64,000 bases of DNA from an uncultured Bacilli bacterium (GTDB lineage: Bacteria > Bacillota_I > Bacilli_A > RF39 > UBA660). The translations under genes were made by a program, and so were the position numbers. The notes beneath the pieces were generated by a model that worked only from the letters and a program-made list of their open reading frames with translations, was not told the DNA's origin and ran no database searches. The stretch is taken from contig CANRCE010000001.1 in NCBI GenBank assembly GCA_947629035.1, positions 23,037 through 87,036 of the forward strand, read 5' to 3'. This document shows positions 9,514 through 19,731 of the stretch, in pieces. Numbering within the stretch: position 1 is the first letter of the stretch; every line of letters begins with the position of its first letter.

Positions 9514-10562
9514 TCAGCAAGCTTTCTTTTTTGATCTTCATTAATTAAGGCATCAATGACAATTCCTAAATCGCCATCCATAATTCGATCTAAATTCATT
9601 GAAGTAAATCCTATTCTATGATCTGTAAGTCTATTTTGTGGATAATTATATGTTCTTATCTTTTCACTTCTATCGCCTGTACCTATTTTACTACGTCTTT
9701 CTTTTCCAAGGGCTTCTTCTTGCTCTTTTTGTTTTAAATCATATAGTCTAGCTTTTAATATTTTAAAAGCCATTTCTTTATTTTTAATTTGGCTTCGCTC
9801 TGTTTGAGAATAAACAATAATACCAGTGGGAATGTGAGTTAATCTAACAGCGCTATCAGTCGTATTTACTCCCTGTCCTCCACAGCCACTACTACGTGTG
9901 ATATCTATTCTAACTTCTGATTCATCTAGTTCGAATTCAAATTCTTCAACTTCTGGCATTACAAGTACTGTTGCCGTTGAAGTATGAACACGACCTTGAC
10001 TTTCTGTCGCAGGAACTCTTTGTACTCTATGTGAGCCACTTTCATATTTAAGTTTTGAATAAGCACCCTCACCTTTTACCATAAAAGATAGATTGGAAAA
10101 ACCACCAGCGCTTCCTTCTTCACTACTTAATATTTCAATTTTAAACCCACAATTATTAGCATATTTTTGATACATATCAAATAAATCACCTGCAAAAATA
10201 TTAGCTTCATCACCACCTGCTGCTCCTCTAATTTCTACAATAACATTTTTTTCATCATTTGGATCATGAGGAAGTAACATAATTTGTAATTTAGAATTTA
10301 ACTCTTGTTCTTTTTTTTCTAAATTATCCATCTCTTCACGGGCAAAATTTGCCATTTCTTTATCTTGTAGCATTTCTTTACAAGCTTCAATATCTTCTTT
10401 TACTTTTTTATATTCAGAATAAACTTTAACAATTTCTTCCAATGTTCTTTGTTCCCTACCAAGCTCTGTCATTTTTTTTATATCACTAATTACTTCAGGT
10501 TTAGTAAGTTCTTCAGTAATTTCATTATATTTTTTTACTGTAGCTTCCAATCTATCTATCAT
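9507..10562 (-). CDS. prfA: Peptide chain release factor 1
   Basis: 351 aa. RF1-specific PATES-type tripeptide (RVQRVPATESQGRVHTS) and GGQ motif (SSGCGGQGVNTTDSAVRLTHIPTG). Confidence 0.95.
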   Translation of the reverse strand: MIDRLEATVKKYNEITEELTKPEVISDIKKMTELGREQRTLEEIVKVYSEYKKVKEDIEACKEMLQDKEMANFAREEMDNLEKKEQELNSKLQIMLLPHDPNDEKNVIVEIRGAAGGDEANIFAGDLFDMYQKYANNCGFKIEILSSEEGSAGGFSNLSFMVKGEGAYSKLKYESGSHRVQRVPATESQGRVHTSTATVLVMPEVEEFEFELDESEVRIDITRSSGCGGQGVNTTDSAVRLTHIPTGIIVYSQTERSQIKNKEMAFKILKARLYDLKQKEQEEALGKERRSKIGTGDRSEKIRTYNYPQNRLTDHRIGFTSMNLDRIMDGDLGIVIDALINEDQKRKLAEW

Positions 10563-10768
10563 ATTATCCCTCTTTCTTTTTAATATTATATACTAAAAAG
10601 AGTAAAATTTAAAGTAAAAATTTAAAAATCAAAAAAATATTGATTTAAAATTCTAATTTAATATTTAAAACTAAAATTAATAGTATTTATTTTTCTTTAC
10701 CAAGAAAAAAATAAAATGAAAGACTTGAAATATTAATATTAACATTTTCTAAATAACTTGTTATTATA

Positions 10769-10787
10769 ACAAACATATGTTATCATA
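10769..10787. promoter_or_regulatory. Imperfect palindrome AACATATGTT overlapping the dinB promoter -10; candidate LexA/SOS (Cheo-type) operator
   Basis: caAACATATGTTat versus the Cheo box CGAACATATGTTCG: the central 10 bp are identical and the outer G/C of each half-site is mismatched. It lies about 20 bp upstream of the dinB start and overlaps TATCATAAT. Confidence 0.3.
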
Positions 10788-10806
10788 ATTATATGAGGTG
10801 GGTAGC

Positions 10807-12000
10807 ATGGAAAGAATTGTCTTACATATTGATGTCAATAATGCTTTTTTATCATGGACAGCTGTTGATATGTTAAATAAAGGAAGTAAAGTAGACATCA
10901 GAAATAGATATGCTATTATTGGGGGAGATGAGACACTACGTCGTGGTATTGTTTTAGCTAAAAGTAATCCATGTAAACAAAAAGGAGTAGTAACTGCAGA
11001 GCCTATTTATATGGCAAGAAGAAAATGTCCTTATTTAGAAATATATAAACCAAATCATGAGTTATATCGTAAGTATTCTAATTTAATGTATAATTACTTA
11101 CTACAATATACTAATGTAATTGAAAGGTATTCAATTGATGAATGTTTTTTAGAATATACCGATATTGAACATTTAAATGGAGATCCCATAAAATTTGCTT
11201 ATAAAATTAAAGATGAAATTTACAAACTATTTGGTTTTACCGTAAATATTGGTGTTGCTAATAATAAGCTTTGTGCAAAAATGGCTTCTGATTTTTCAAA
11301 ACCTAATAAAGTACATACTCTTTTTCATAATGAAATAGAAACTAAAATGTGGCCCTTAAAAGTATCTGATTTATTTATGATTGGGAAAAAAACTGCTACT
11401 AAACTTCAAAATTTAAAAATTGAAACTATATATGATTTAGCTCATACTGATATAAACTTTCTAGAAAAGCATTTTAAAAATATGGGAATACTTATGTACA
11501 ATTATGCCAATGGTATTGATGATTCTAAAGTTGAATATGAATATGAAAATCCTAAAAGTGTCTCTACTTCAACAGTCCTTCCTTTTAATTATTCAGATAA
11601 AAATGAAATTAATCATATTCTAAGGGAACTAGCGCAAGAAACTGGTAAAAGATTACGTCAAAAAAAACTTTATGCCAACAATATTAGTATTTGGATAAAA
11701 TATAGTGACTTTACCAAAATAAGCAAGCAAGAAAAATTAGAAAATAGCATTAATACTGATAATGATATATATAATATTGCTACCAATTTATTTAATAAAA
11801 TCTGGAATGAAGAAAAAATAAGAGCTTTATGTGTTGGTGTAAGTGAATTATCAGAGACAAAAATAACTCAACTTTCTATCTTTGATACTAATAAAAATAT
11901 CCAAAATGATAGACTACAAGAGACAATTGATGAAATAAGAGATAAATTCGGAGACAACATTTTAATTTATGCAAATGATAGACTTAAGAAAAAGAAATAA
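10807..12000 (+). CDS. dinB: Y-family DNA polymerase IV
   Basis: N-terminus MERIVLHIDVNNAFLSWTAV..., catalytic IDECFLEYT, and little-finger domain. The track ORF begins at GTG 10798, but ATG 10807 with RBS GAGGTG 6 nt upstream is the likely start. Confidence 0.9.
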   Translation: MERIVLHIDVNNAFLSWTAVDMLNKGSKVDIRNRYAIIGGDETLRRGIVLAKSNPCKQKGVVTAEPIYMARRKCPYLEIYKPNHELYRKYSNLMYNYLLQYTNVIERYSIDECFLEYTDIEHLNGDPIKFAYKIKDEIYKLFGFTVNIGVANNKLCAKMASDFSKPNKVHTLFHNEIETKMWPLKVSDLFMIGKKTATKLQNLKIETIYDLAHTDINFLEKHFKNMGILMYNYANGIDDSKVEYEYENPKSVSTSTVLPFNYSDKNEINHILRELAQETGKRLRQKKLYANNISIWIKYSDFTKISKQEKLENSINTDNDIYNIATNLFNKIWNEEKIRALCVGVSELSETKITQLSIFDTNKNIQNDRLQETIDEIRDKFGDNILIYANDRLKKKK

Positions 12001-12054
12001 TTTAGATACTTTTTCTTTTTTTCATGTTATAATTATAAGGAAAGAAGGTACAAG

Positions 12055-14211
12055 ATGAATACAACCATTATAGGAGAAATTGCCAACAATTTAAATATTA
12101 AAGTATATCAAGTCGAAAGTGTTTTAAAATTATTGGAAGAAGGAAATACAATTCCTTTCATTGCAAGATATCGTAAAGAAGTAACTGGAAATCTTGATGA
12201 AGAACAAATAAGAAGTATAAATGAAGTTTATGAATATCAAGTCAATCTTTTAAAAAGAAAAGAAGATGTTATAAGATTAATTGAAGAAAAAGGTCTACTT
12301 ACTGATGAATTAAAAAATGACATTATGAAATGTGAAAAACTAGTGGAAGTTGAAGATTTATACCGACCATTTAAAGAAAAAAAGAAAACTAAAGCCACCG
12401 AAGCCATTAAAAATGGGCTTGAGCCACTAGCTAAAATACTTATGAGTTTTAAAGATAATATTGATATAAATGAAATAGCTTCTAAATATATAAATGAAAA
12501 TATAAAAACTATCGAAGAGGCTATTATTGGTGCAAAATATATTATTGCTGAATGGATAAGTGATAATGCTAATTATAGAAAATGGATTCGTAATAATATA
12601 TTAGCTCATGGAACAATTAACTCAAAAATTAAAAAAAATGCTAAAGATGATGAGAAAACTTATGAAATGTACTATGATTATAGTGAAAACATTAAATATA
12701 TAAAACCTCATCGTATTTTAGCTCTAAATCGTGGGGAAAAAGAAAATATTTTAACAGTTAATATTAAAGCAGATGATGACTATATTTTAAACTTTCTTCA
12801 AAATAAAATTATTAAAAATGAAAATAGTCCTTGTACTAATTATGTAAAAGATGCAATTTTGGATAGTTATAAAAGATTAATTTTTCCAAGTATCGAACGG
12901 GAAGTAAGAAGTGAATTGAAAGATACTGCTGAAGTTCAAGCTATTGATATTTTCAGTAAAAATTTAGAAAAATTGCTTCTTACTCCACCAATGAAAGAAA
13001 AAATAGTTTTAGGACTCGATCCAGCTTATCGTACTGGTTGTAAACTAGCTGTTATCGATGGAACATCAAAAGTTTTAGATATTTCTGTTATCTATCCTCA
13101 TGAGCCTAAAAATATGTGGAATGAAGCTAAAGACAAACTAAAAGAATTAATTAAAAAATATGACATTGATATTATTGCTATTGGTAATGGTACAGCTTCT
13201 CGTGAAAGTGAAAAACTTGTCGCTGAAGTTATTAGTGAATATAAAGATAAAAAGCTTGAGTATATTATTGTAAGTGAAGCTGGTGCTAGTGTTTATTCTG
13301 CTTCAAAACTAGCTATCTCTGAATTTCCTAATCTTCATGTCGAAGAGCGTAGCGCTATTAGTATTGCTCGAAGACTTCAAGATCCATTAAATGAATTAGT
13401 TAAAATTGATAGTAAAAGTATTGGGGTAGGACAATATCAACATGATGTCAACCAAAAAAATTTAAATGAATCATTGGATTTTGTAGTTTCTAAAGTTGTT
13501 AACAATGTAGGGGTAAATGTCAATACTGCCTCACCTTCAATCTTAAAATATGTTTCTGGTTTAACTAAAAGTGTTATCGATAATTTGATTAAATATCGTG
13601 AAGCTAATGGTAAATTTTTATCTCGTGAAGATTTAAAAAAAGATAAGCTTTTGAAAGATAAAACTTATGAACAAGCTATCGGGTTCTTAAGGATTGTCGA
13701 TGGAAGCAATCAACTAGATAAAACATCTATTCATCCTGAGAGTTATGATAAGACTTTAAAGTTACTTGCAAATAATAATTTAACTATCGATGATATTGGA
13801 ACAAAGAAGTTAATCGATAAATTAGAAAAACTAAATCTTGAAGAATATGCTAAAAATAATGACATTGATATTTATACTCTTGAAGATATAATTAAGTGTT
13901 TAAAACAACCTAATCGTGATTATCGTGATAATTATCCAAAACCATTATTAAAAAGTAATATTCTTAAAATAGAAAATTTAACAAAAGGAATGAAACTTGA
14001 GGGAACTGTAAGAAATGTTGTCGATTTTGGTGTTTTTATCGATATTGGCTTAAAAAATGATGGTCTAGCTCATATTTCTAAACTTACTGATAAATATATT
14101 AAACATCCTATGGAGGTTGTTAACGTTGGTGATATTGTGACTTGCTATGTCGATGATATTTTCTATGATAAAAACAAAGTTAGTTTAAGTCTAATAGATC
14201 CTAATAAATAA
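12055..14211 (+). CDS. tex: Transcription accessory protein Tex (S1 RNA-binding domain protein)
   Basis: 718 aa. N-terminal Tex HTH, central YqgF/RuvC-like and HhH domains, C-terminal S1 domain (GMKLEGTVRNVVDFGVFIDIG...AHISKL). Confidence 0.9.
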   Translation: MNTTIIGEIANNLNIKVYQVESVLKLLEEGNTIPFIARYRKEVTGNLDEEQIRSINEVYEYQVNLLKRKEDVIRLIEEKGLLTDELKNDIMKCEKLVEVEDLYRPFKEKKKTKATEAIKNGLEPLAKILMSFKDNIDINEIASKYINENIKTIEEAIIGAKYIIAEWISDNANYRKWIRNNILAHGTINSKIKKNAKDDEKTYEMYYDYSENIKYIKPHRILALNRGEKENILTVNIKADDDYILNFLQNKIIKNENSPCTNYVKDAILDSYKRLIFPSIEREVRSELKDTAEVQAIDIFSKNLEKLLLTPPMKEKIVLGLDPAYRTGCKLAVIDGTSKVLDISVIYPHEPKNMWNEAKDKLKELIKKYDIDIIAIGNGTASRESEKLVAEVISEYKDKKLEYIIVSEAGASVYSASKLAISEFPNLHVEERSAISIARRLQDPLNELVKIDSKSIGVGQYQHDVNQKNLNESLDFVVSKVVNNVGVNVNTASPSILKYVSGLTKSVIDNLIKYREANGKFLSREDLKKDKLLKDKTYEQAIGFLRIVDGSNQLDKTSIHPESYDKTLKLLANNNLTIDDIGTKKLIDKLEKLNLEEYAKNNDIDIYTLEDIIKCLKQPNRDYRDNYPKPLLKSNILKIENLTKGMKLEGTVRNVVDFGVFIDIGLKNDGLAHISKLTDKYIKHPMEVVNVGDIVTCYVDDIFYDKNKVSLSLIDPNK

Positions 14212-14257
14212 AATTAGTTAAAGTAATGTTATAATATTCTAGAAAGGTCGTGAAAAT

Positions 14258-15013
14258 ATGGGTAGTAACAAATCGGGTTTTAAAAATGAGACAGATATTA
14301 TTACTTGTCTATCAAATAAAAAATTCGAAGAACTAAATGATAATCTTAAAAGATTTATTCTATTTTTATTTCCACAAGTTAAAGAAAATGATTTAATAAA
14401 ATGTTATAACGGTAAAGCTAGACAAAAACCAGATATTGTAATTGATATAAAAGGGGTAATTAAAAGAATTAGTGTAAAAAAAGGAAATGGTAATTCGGTT
14501 CATCAAGAGGAAATCAGTTTATTTATGAATTTTTTAACAACTCTTGATATACCAGAAGATGTAAAAATAGAATTATTAAAATATCATTGGGGTGATGGTA
14601 CAACTGATGGTTCTGGGGAAAATAGAATTTCTAGTGCAGAATATAAAAAAGAACATAAAAATGAAATGCAGTTAATTAATAAAGAGTTAAATAAAAAATC
14701 AATATTAATAAAACTTATTACAAGAATATTATTTAAAGGTAGTAATGATGACGGTGATGAAGCTGATGCTATTTATTATGGAGATATAAATGAAGGGCAT
14801 TGGGCAGATAAAGATGAAATAATTAATTATATTATAAATAATAATTTTAATTTAAATTCTCTTCACTTTGGACCACTTACTTATCAGGCTTGGAATAGGT
14901 GCTTAAACTTTAATCCTAAAACAGAAAATAGAAGATATATTATGCAAGTTAAATGGGGCTCTATAGAAAAAGATTTAAAGAATATTGAAAAGGAGCGTAT
15001 TGAAAGTGAATAG
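14258..15013 (+). CDS. Candidate restriction endonuclease subunit 1 of a two-MTase Type II R-M system (hypothetical; inferred from context)
   Basis: 251 aa with no match to housekeeping families. Carries a possible PD-(D/E)xK-like stretch, KPDIVIDIKGVIKRISVKKG. It is convergent with and directly adjacent to two tandem m5C MTase genes. Its stop overlaps the start of the next ORF. Confidence 0.35.
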   Translation: MGSNKSGFKNETDIITCLSNKKFEELNDNLKRFILFLFPQVKENDLIKCYNGKARQKPDIVIDIKGVIKRISVKKGNGNSVHQEEISLFMNFLTTLDIPEDVKIELLKYHWGDGTTDGSGENRISSAEYKKEHKNEMQLINKELNKKSILIKLITRILFKGSNDDGDEADAIYYGDINEGHWADKDEIINYIINNNFNLNSLHFGPLTYQAWNRCLNFNPKTENRRYIMQVKWGSIEKDLKNIEKERIESE

Positions 15014-15833
15014 AGGTACACACTCTGGTGATTTAGCAGAAATAGAATTTGTTAAAAGATTCAATTCTCAAAAAAATAATCAAGATTTTGATTTCTACAT
15101 TAAAGATTTAGGTATTGAAGAATTAAATGATATTTATATGGTAAGAGTTACAACTAAACAATATTCAAAATTATCTCACCAAACAGTTATGACAAGAGCA
15201 GACACATACTTAATTAATTCAAAAGATCAATTGATAAACAAATTATTATATGAAAATGACTATTATTTAGATGAAAATATGTTAATTAATAATCATATAA
15301 ATTATTCATCAATAGATTACAGTGGAATATCTGTAAAAATGTCCGATTCAAGTAAATTTCAAATTTTAAAATTAACACCTGATAGTTTTAAAAATTTATT
15401 TGGCGAATATGAACTAGGAGCAGGTGCAAGTATATATTGCCTAAAGCAAAATGAAATAGAAAAAAATGATTCAGTATTTATTGGTTGGAAGACAACCAAA
15501 GATAAAGTTATTAATAGATATAAGAATGATATTCCTGATTTAATTAAGTTAAATGAAAATATTAGTGTAATTGAACAAATAAAAATATATAAAGAATTAA
15601 AAGAATTTTCTAATAAAAGAATTGCAGAAATAATAAATAATGATAGTCACTTAAAAGAAATAATATTTAATGGCTATCATATATATGAGCAACCATATTC
15701 GGCAAGTTACTTCTATAAAGGTGGTAAAATAAAAAAACTAAATTATATTCCATTTACTGTAACAACAGGATCTGGTCGCAGTAACGGAAATTTTACTATT
15801 GTTTTAAAACCTAAAAATGAAACTGTTGATTAG
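15006..15833 (+). CDS. Candidate restriction endonuclease subunit 2 (hypothetical; inferred from context)
   Basis: About 276-282 aa. Possible starts are TTG 14985, TTG 15000 and GTG 15006, with RBS AAAGGAG at 14988-14994. Overlaps the end of the upstream ORF, suggesting translational coupling. The stretch SGDLAEIEFVKRF might be a degenerate nuclease motif. No housekeeping homology recognised. Confidence 0.35.
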   Translation: MNRGTHSGDLAEIEFVKRFNSQKNNQDFDFYIKDLGIEELNDIYMVRVTTKQYSKLSHQTVMTRADTYLINSKDQLINKLLYENDYYLDENMLINNHINYSSIDYSGISVKMSDSSKFQILKLTPDSFKNLFGEYELGAGASIYCLKQNEIEKNDSVFIGWKTTKDKVINRYKNDIPDLIKLNENISVIEQIKIYKELKEFSNKRIAEIINNDSHLKEIIFNGYHIYEQPYSASYFYKGGKIKKLNYIPFTVTTGSGRSNGNFTIVLKPKNETVD

Positions 15834-15871
15834 TTTCATTTTTTTATTTAAAGTAAATATATAAATATAAA

Positions 15872-16834
15872 TTATTCAATCTCTTTGTTTAGTATATCAA
15901 CTAAATGTTTAGAAATATATTCTAAAATTGGTATAATAACACTATTACCAATTTGTTTATAGGCTTGAGCTCCAGTACCAATTTTATAATTATCAGGGTA
16001 TCCCATTAGCTTTAAGCATTCCTTTTCAGTTAGTTTTCTATTTAATTCTACTACTACTGGAACATTATTTCCTCCAGTACCCATTTTGGCAGTTAAACAG
16101 GGTGAAATACCATTTGATCTAAATTGACATCTTGAAGGTCTTATTTCATATGCTAAAGTATATTTAGAACTTTTTTCTTTTACTTTATTAATATGAGCTT
16201 GAATATTCTTTTTACATGTATCACTTATGATATAATCATCATAAGTATTTTTAGTATCTATAATATCATCATAAGTATATAATAATAATTTTTTTGGTGG
16301 AAAAATTTCATTTATATTTAGATTTATATTTAAATCTTTTCTAATTCCTACGCAATACCATCTTTCTCTACTTTGTGGTATTCCATAATCACTAGCATTT
16401 AAAACTTTATAAACGAAATCATATCCTAATTCATTCAACATATTTAAAATAACTTTTAAAGTTTCTCCTTTATCATGATTAGTTAATCCTTTAACATTTT
16501 CTAATATAAAAGCTTTTGGTTGTTTTTCTCTAAGTATTCTTGCAACTTCAAAAAACATTATTCCTCTTGTATCTTCAAAACCTAATCTTTTTCCAGCTAT
16601 TGAAAATGATTGACAAGGAAATCCACCACATAAGATATCAAAATCAGGAATATCTTTAGCTGCGATTTTGGTAATATCACCACTAGGATGTTGCCCAAAA
16701 TTATTTTCATAAACTTTACAAACAGCTTCATCTATGTCAGAACTAAAAACGCATTTGCATTTTTGTTTTTCTAAAGCTATTCTAAATCCACCAAGTCCAC
16801 AAAATAAATCAATGAATTTTAAATTTTTACTCAT
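15872..16834 (-). CDS. DNA (cytosine-5)-methyltransferase, second of a tandem pair
   Basis: 320 aa. Motif I FIDLFCGLGGF, motif IV GGFPCQSFSIAGKRLGFEDTRG, motif VI ENVKGL. Overlaps the upstream MTase stop by 8 nt. Confidence 0.9.
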   Translation of the reverse strand: MSKNLKFIDLFCGLGGFRIALEKQKCKCVFSSDIDEAVCKVYENNFGQHPSGDITKIAAKDIPDFDILCGGFPCQSFSIAGKRLGFEDTRGIMFFEVARILREKQPKAFILENVKGLTNHDKGETLKVILNMLNELGYDFVYKVLNASDYGIPQSRERWYCVGIRKDLNINLNINEIFPPKKLLLYTYDDIIDTKNTYDDYIISDTCKKNIQAHINKVKEKSSKYTLAYEIRPSRCQFRSNGISPCLTAKMGTGGNNVPVVVELNRKLTEKECLKLMGYPDNYKIGTGAQAYKQIGNSVIIPILEYISKHLVDILNKEIE

Positions 16835-17909
16835 CTATAAATTCCATTAATTTATTTATTATTTCAGTAATAACAGGTGGACTAACTGCATTACCAGATT
16901 GTTTATATAATTGAGTATCGCTCATTTTATTTTTTTGAATATTATCAGTAAATTTACTATCAAATCCTTGAATTCTTAATGTCTCTAATGGAGTTAATTT
17001 TCTTATATAATACTCATCTTTTTCTTTAAATATAATTTTAGGGCTATCTGATCTAGCTAAAAGTGTTGGAGATATTCCATAAATAGAATAAACTCTTCTT
17101 TGCCTATCTAAATCATTGTGAACATCTCTTGGAAGAGTAAATTCTTTTATTATTTTATTATTAGTTTTTTTAGAAAGTTCATTTTTATTTAAATTATCAA
17201 TAAATTTTCTAACTTTATCAGAATTTAAGTAATATTTTTTAGCTACATTTATTTCTAATATATTTTTTATATATGTCTTTTTATTGTGCATTTCAATTAA
17301 ATTGAAAAAATTCATTGTTTTTAATTTATTTTCATTGGCCCAATTCTTAATAGAAGTTACCATTGAATTTCTTTTATCAGGAACAAATTTTTCAACTTCA
17401 TGATTTAATATACCAACTATATATGTTCTTTCTCGACTTTGGGGAACACCAGCTTCGTTTGAATTAATTATTGTAATATCAAAAGTGTAACCGCAATCCG
17501 AAATATTCTTAAGAATAGTTTTTATTGTATTTCCATTATCATGGCTTATTAAATTTTTTACATTTTCTAAAAATAAATATTTTGGTTTTTTAGTTTTTAT
17601 AATTCTAATAACATCAAAAAATAATGTTCCTCTGATGTCTTTAAAACCTTGCTGCTTACCTGCAACAGAAAATGATTGACAAGGAAATCCACCACATAAT
17701 AAATCATGATCAGGAATATCGTTTTCGTTTATCTTTTTTATGTCTTTGTGCATATTGTTAATTGGAAAATTATAGCTAAAAGTCATTGTTGCATATTTAT
17801 CAATTTCTGATGCAAAAACAAGTTCATAATCCATTTTTGATTTTTTAAATCCTTGTTCAAAGCCACCAATTCCTGAAAACAAAGAAACAACTCTAAACTT
17901 TTTTTTCAT
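16827..17909 (-). CDS. DNA (cytosine-5)-methyltransferase, first of a tandem pair
   Basis: Motif I VVSLFSGIGGF, motif IV GGFPCQSFSVAGKQQGFKDIRG, motif VI ENVKNL. The track ORF extends to 17966, but ATG 17909 (MKKKFRVVSLF) has RBS AAAGGAG 8 nt upstream and is the likely start. Confidence 0.9.
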   Translation of the reverse strand: MKKKFRVVSLFSGIGGFEQGFKKSKMDYELVFASEIDKYATMTFSYNFPINNMHKDIKKINENDIPDHDLLCGGFPCQSFSVAGKQQGFKDIRGTLFFDVIRIIKTKKPKYLFLENVKNLISHDNGNTIKTILKNISDCGYTFDITIINSNEAGVPQSRERTYIVGILNHEVEKFVPDKRNSMVTSIKNWANENKLKTMNFFNLIEMHNKKTYIKNILEINVAKKYYLNSDKVRKFIDNLNKNELSKKTNNKIIKEFTLPRDVHNDLDRQRRVYSIYGISPTLLARSDSPKIIFKEKDEYYIRKLTPLETLRIQGFDSKFTDNIQKNKMSDTQLYKQSGNAVSPPVITEIINKLMEFIDE

Positions 17910-18136
17910 GGCTTTTCTCCTTTCTAAAAAAATATAATATCTTTTTTCTAATAAATATTTTATCATATATAATTTTAAAAATCCGCAATTTTAACAAAAA
18001 AACAAAAAAAATATCTTTATTATTATAATTATGATAAATTAAAACAAAATTAAAAGGACTGTTCCCCATTTTAATTAGGTTACAATCCTTAAATAATTAA
18101 ACTGTCCAACTTTTTGGTTTCAGTCCAAATGAAATC

Positions 18137-19600
18137 TTATATTAATGTTACTATTAATAATATTACAAATATTAAAATAAATAGTCCTACAACAAATCTC
18201 CAGATGTATTTAATCCATGTCGTATATGGTACATCTAAATAAGTAAGAGCAAAAATCAACATAATACTTGTTGGAGCAATTAGTGATACTAACCCATATA
18301 AACTTTGGAAAGCAAGTGCCAATACTGGTAGTATTGATTCATCTGTTATTGCTGTAATAATAGGTGTAAATATTCCTGCTGCCACATAGTATAGATCAGT
18401 ATATAATAAACTACCTAACATTGAAATTAGTGAACTAATTACAATGTTTAATCCCATTTTTGTTCCACTTGCATTGGTAATCAAAGTTTCTAAGAATCCA
18501 TTGTTGTATGAACAAATAAGTATTGTATAAGCAAGGGCAATCATTAAGGCTACTGGTACCATTTTTTTGAAACCTTCAATAAATCCATCAATTGCATCAT
18601 CAAATTTAATTTTGTAAACAAACTTAATTAATAATCCAAAGAAGATTAAGATTATTGTAGGTACCATAAAATTGCCTAGATTTCCCCAATTTCCAAAAGC
18701 ATACATATTAGCAAATATTAAATTATTAAAGACAGGAAATTCCTTAAATTTCAATCCAAATAACTTAAATTCAGGAATGCTAAGACCTGTTAACCAAGTA
18801 TGGAAATTTTCAAATACGTCAATTCCAAACAAATTAGACCATGGGATTAATCCTAGAATTAATAGTACTAAAACAATGCTTAAGATTACAATCATTGGCC
18901 ATGTTTTTATTTCTTTATAGTTACCTTTTACTTCTGCAATCATAACATCTTGATTATCGTTTAATTCATATTTTACTTTCTTATTTTCAACATTTTTTAT
19001 GTATCTTAGACAGAAGAAGATTAAGAATCCTACTGCTAAAACTAATAATAAAATTTTAGGGAATAAATTAGCATATTGCTCTATTCCTGTTAAATCCTCA
19101 AAAGTACTAATAGTGTATCCATAAGAGCTTGCAGGATCTCTAAATGTTGTAAATATGCCTCCGATAAAACCTACTAATATTGCTATTACTGTTGATGATA
19201 TTGCTACTAACTTATCATATCCCAATAGTAAAATAATTGATATTGCAAATGGTACAAATATAAGTAGTGGCATAGTCATTCCAGTAAGTGATGCAAGTAG
19301 AGCAAAGATAATTATTGTTCCAATTACAAATTCTTTACTTTTACCTTTTACTTTAGTAACAATTGTATCTAATAATTTTTTGTAAGCCCCTGTTTTATTT
19401 AAAATACCATAGAAAGCTCCAATTACTAGAATAAATACTAATGTGTCAAAAAAGTAATAAAATGCTTGGACATAATTAATGGCAATATCTCCGATAGCAA
19501 GATATGATGTTTCTCCTTGTCTTCCTGCGATAAACCAACTAGTTAGAACTAATAATCCTAAAAGTATTAAACTAACTTTAAACAAACTATGTTTTTTCAT
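18137..19600 (-). CDS. Polytopic membrane transporter (YfcC/DcuC-like anaerobic carrier family, tentative)
   Basis: 487 aa and more than 10 predicted TM segments. The N-terminus resembles YfcC-family proteins. The family call is from gestalt only. Confidence 0.45.
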   Translation of the reverse strand: MKKHSLFKVSLILLGLLVLTSWFIAGRQGETSYLAIGDIAINYVQAFYYFFDTLVFILVIGAFYGILNKTGAYKKLLDTIVTKVKGKSKEFVIGTIIIFALLASLTGMTMPLLIFVPFAISIILLLGYDKLVAISSTVIAILVGFIGGIFTTFRDPASSYGYTISTFEDLTGIEQYANLFPKILLLVLAVGFLIFFCLRYIKNVENKKVKYELNDNQDVMIAEVKGNYKEIKTWPMIVILSIVLVLLILGLIPWSNLFGIDVFENFHTWLTGLSIPEFKLFGLKFKEFPVFNNLIFANMYAFGNWGNLGNFMVPTIILIFFGLLIKFVYKIKFDDAIDGFIEGFKKMVPVALMIALAYTILICSYNNGFLETLITNASGTKMGLNIVISSLISMLGSLLYTDLYYVAAGIFTPIITAITDESILPVLALAFQSLYGLVSLIAPTSIMLIFALTYLDVPYTTWIKYIWRFVVGLFILIFVILLIVTLI

Positions 19601-19687
19601 TATAACCTCCTCATGCTAATTATATCACATTTTTTACCAATTTTATCTTTTTTTTGTACTTAATTATTATTTTTTATAAACAAATTA

Positions 19688-19713
19688 AAAAGTAGTAAAA
19701 ATTATACTACTTT
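19688..19713 (-). terminator. Terminator hairpin downstream of lysS
   Basis: AAAGTAGTA-aaaatta-TACTACTTT inverted repeat 18 nt after the lysS stop. Confidence 0.45.
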
Positions 19714-19731
19714 CTAAACAAAATTATTTTA

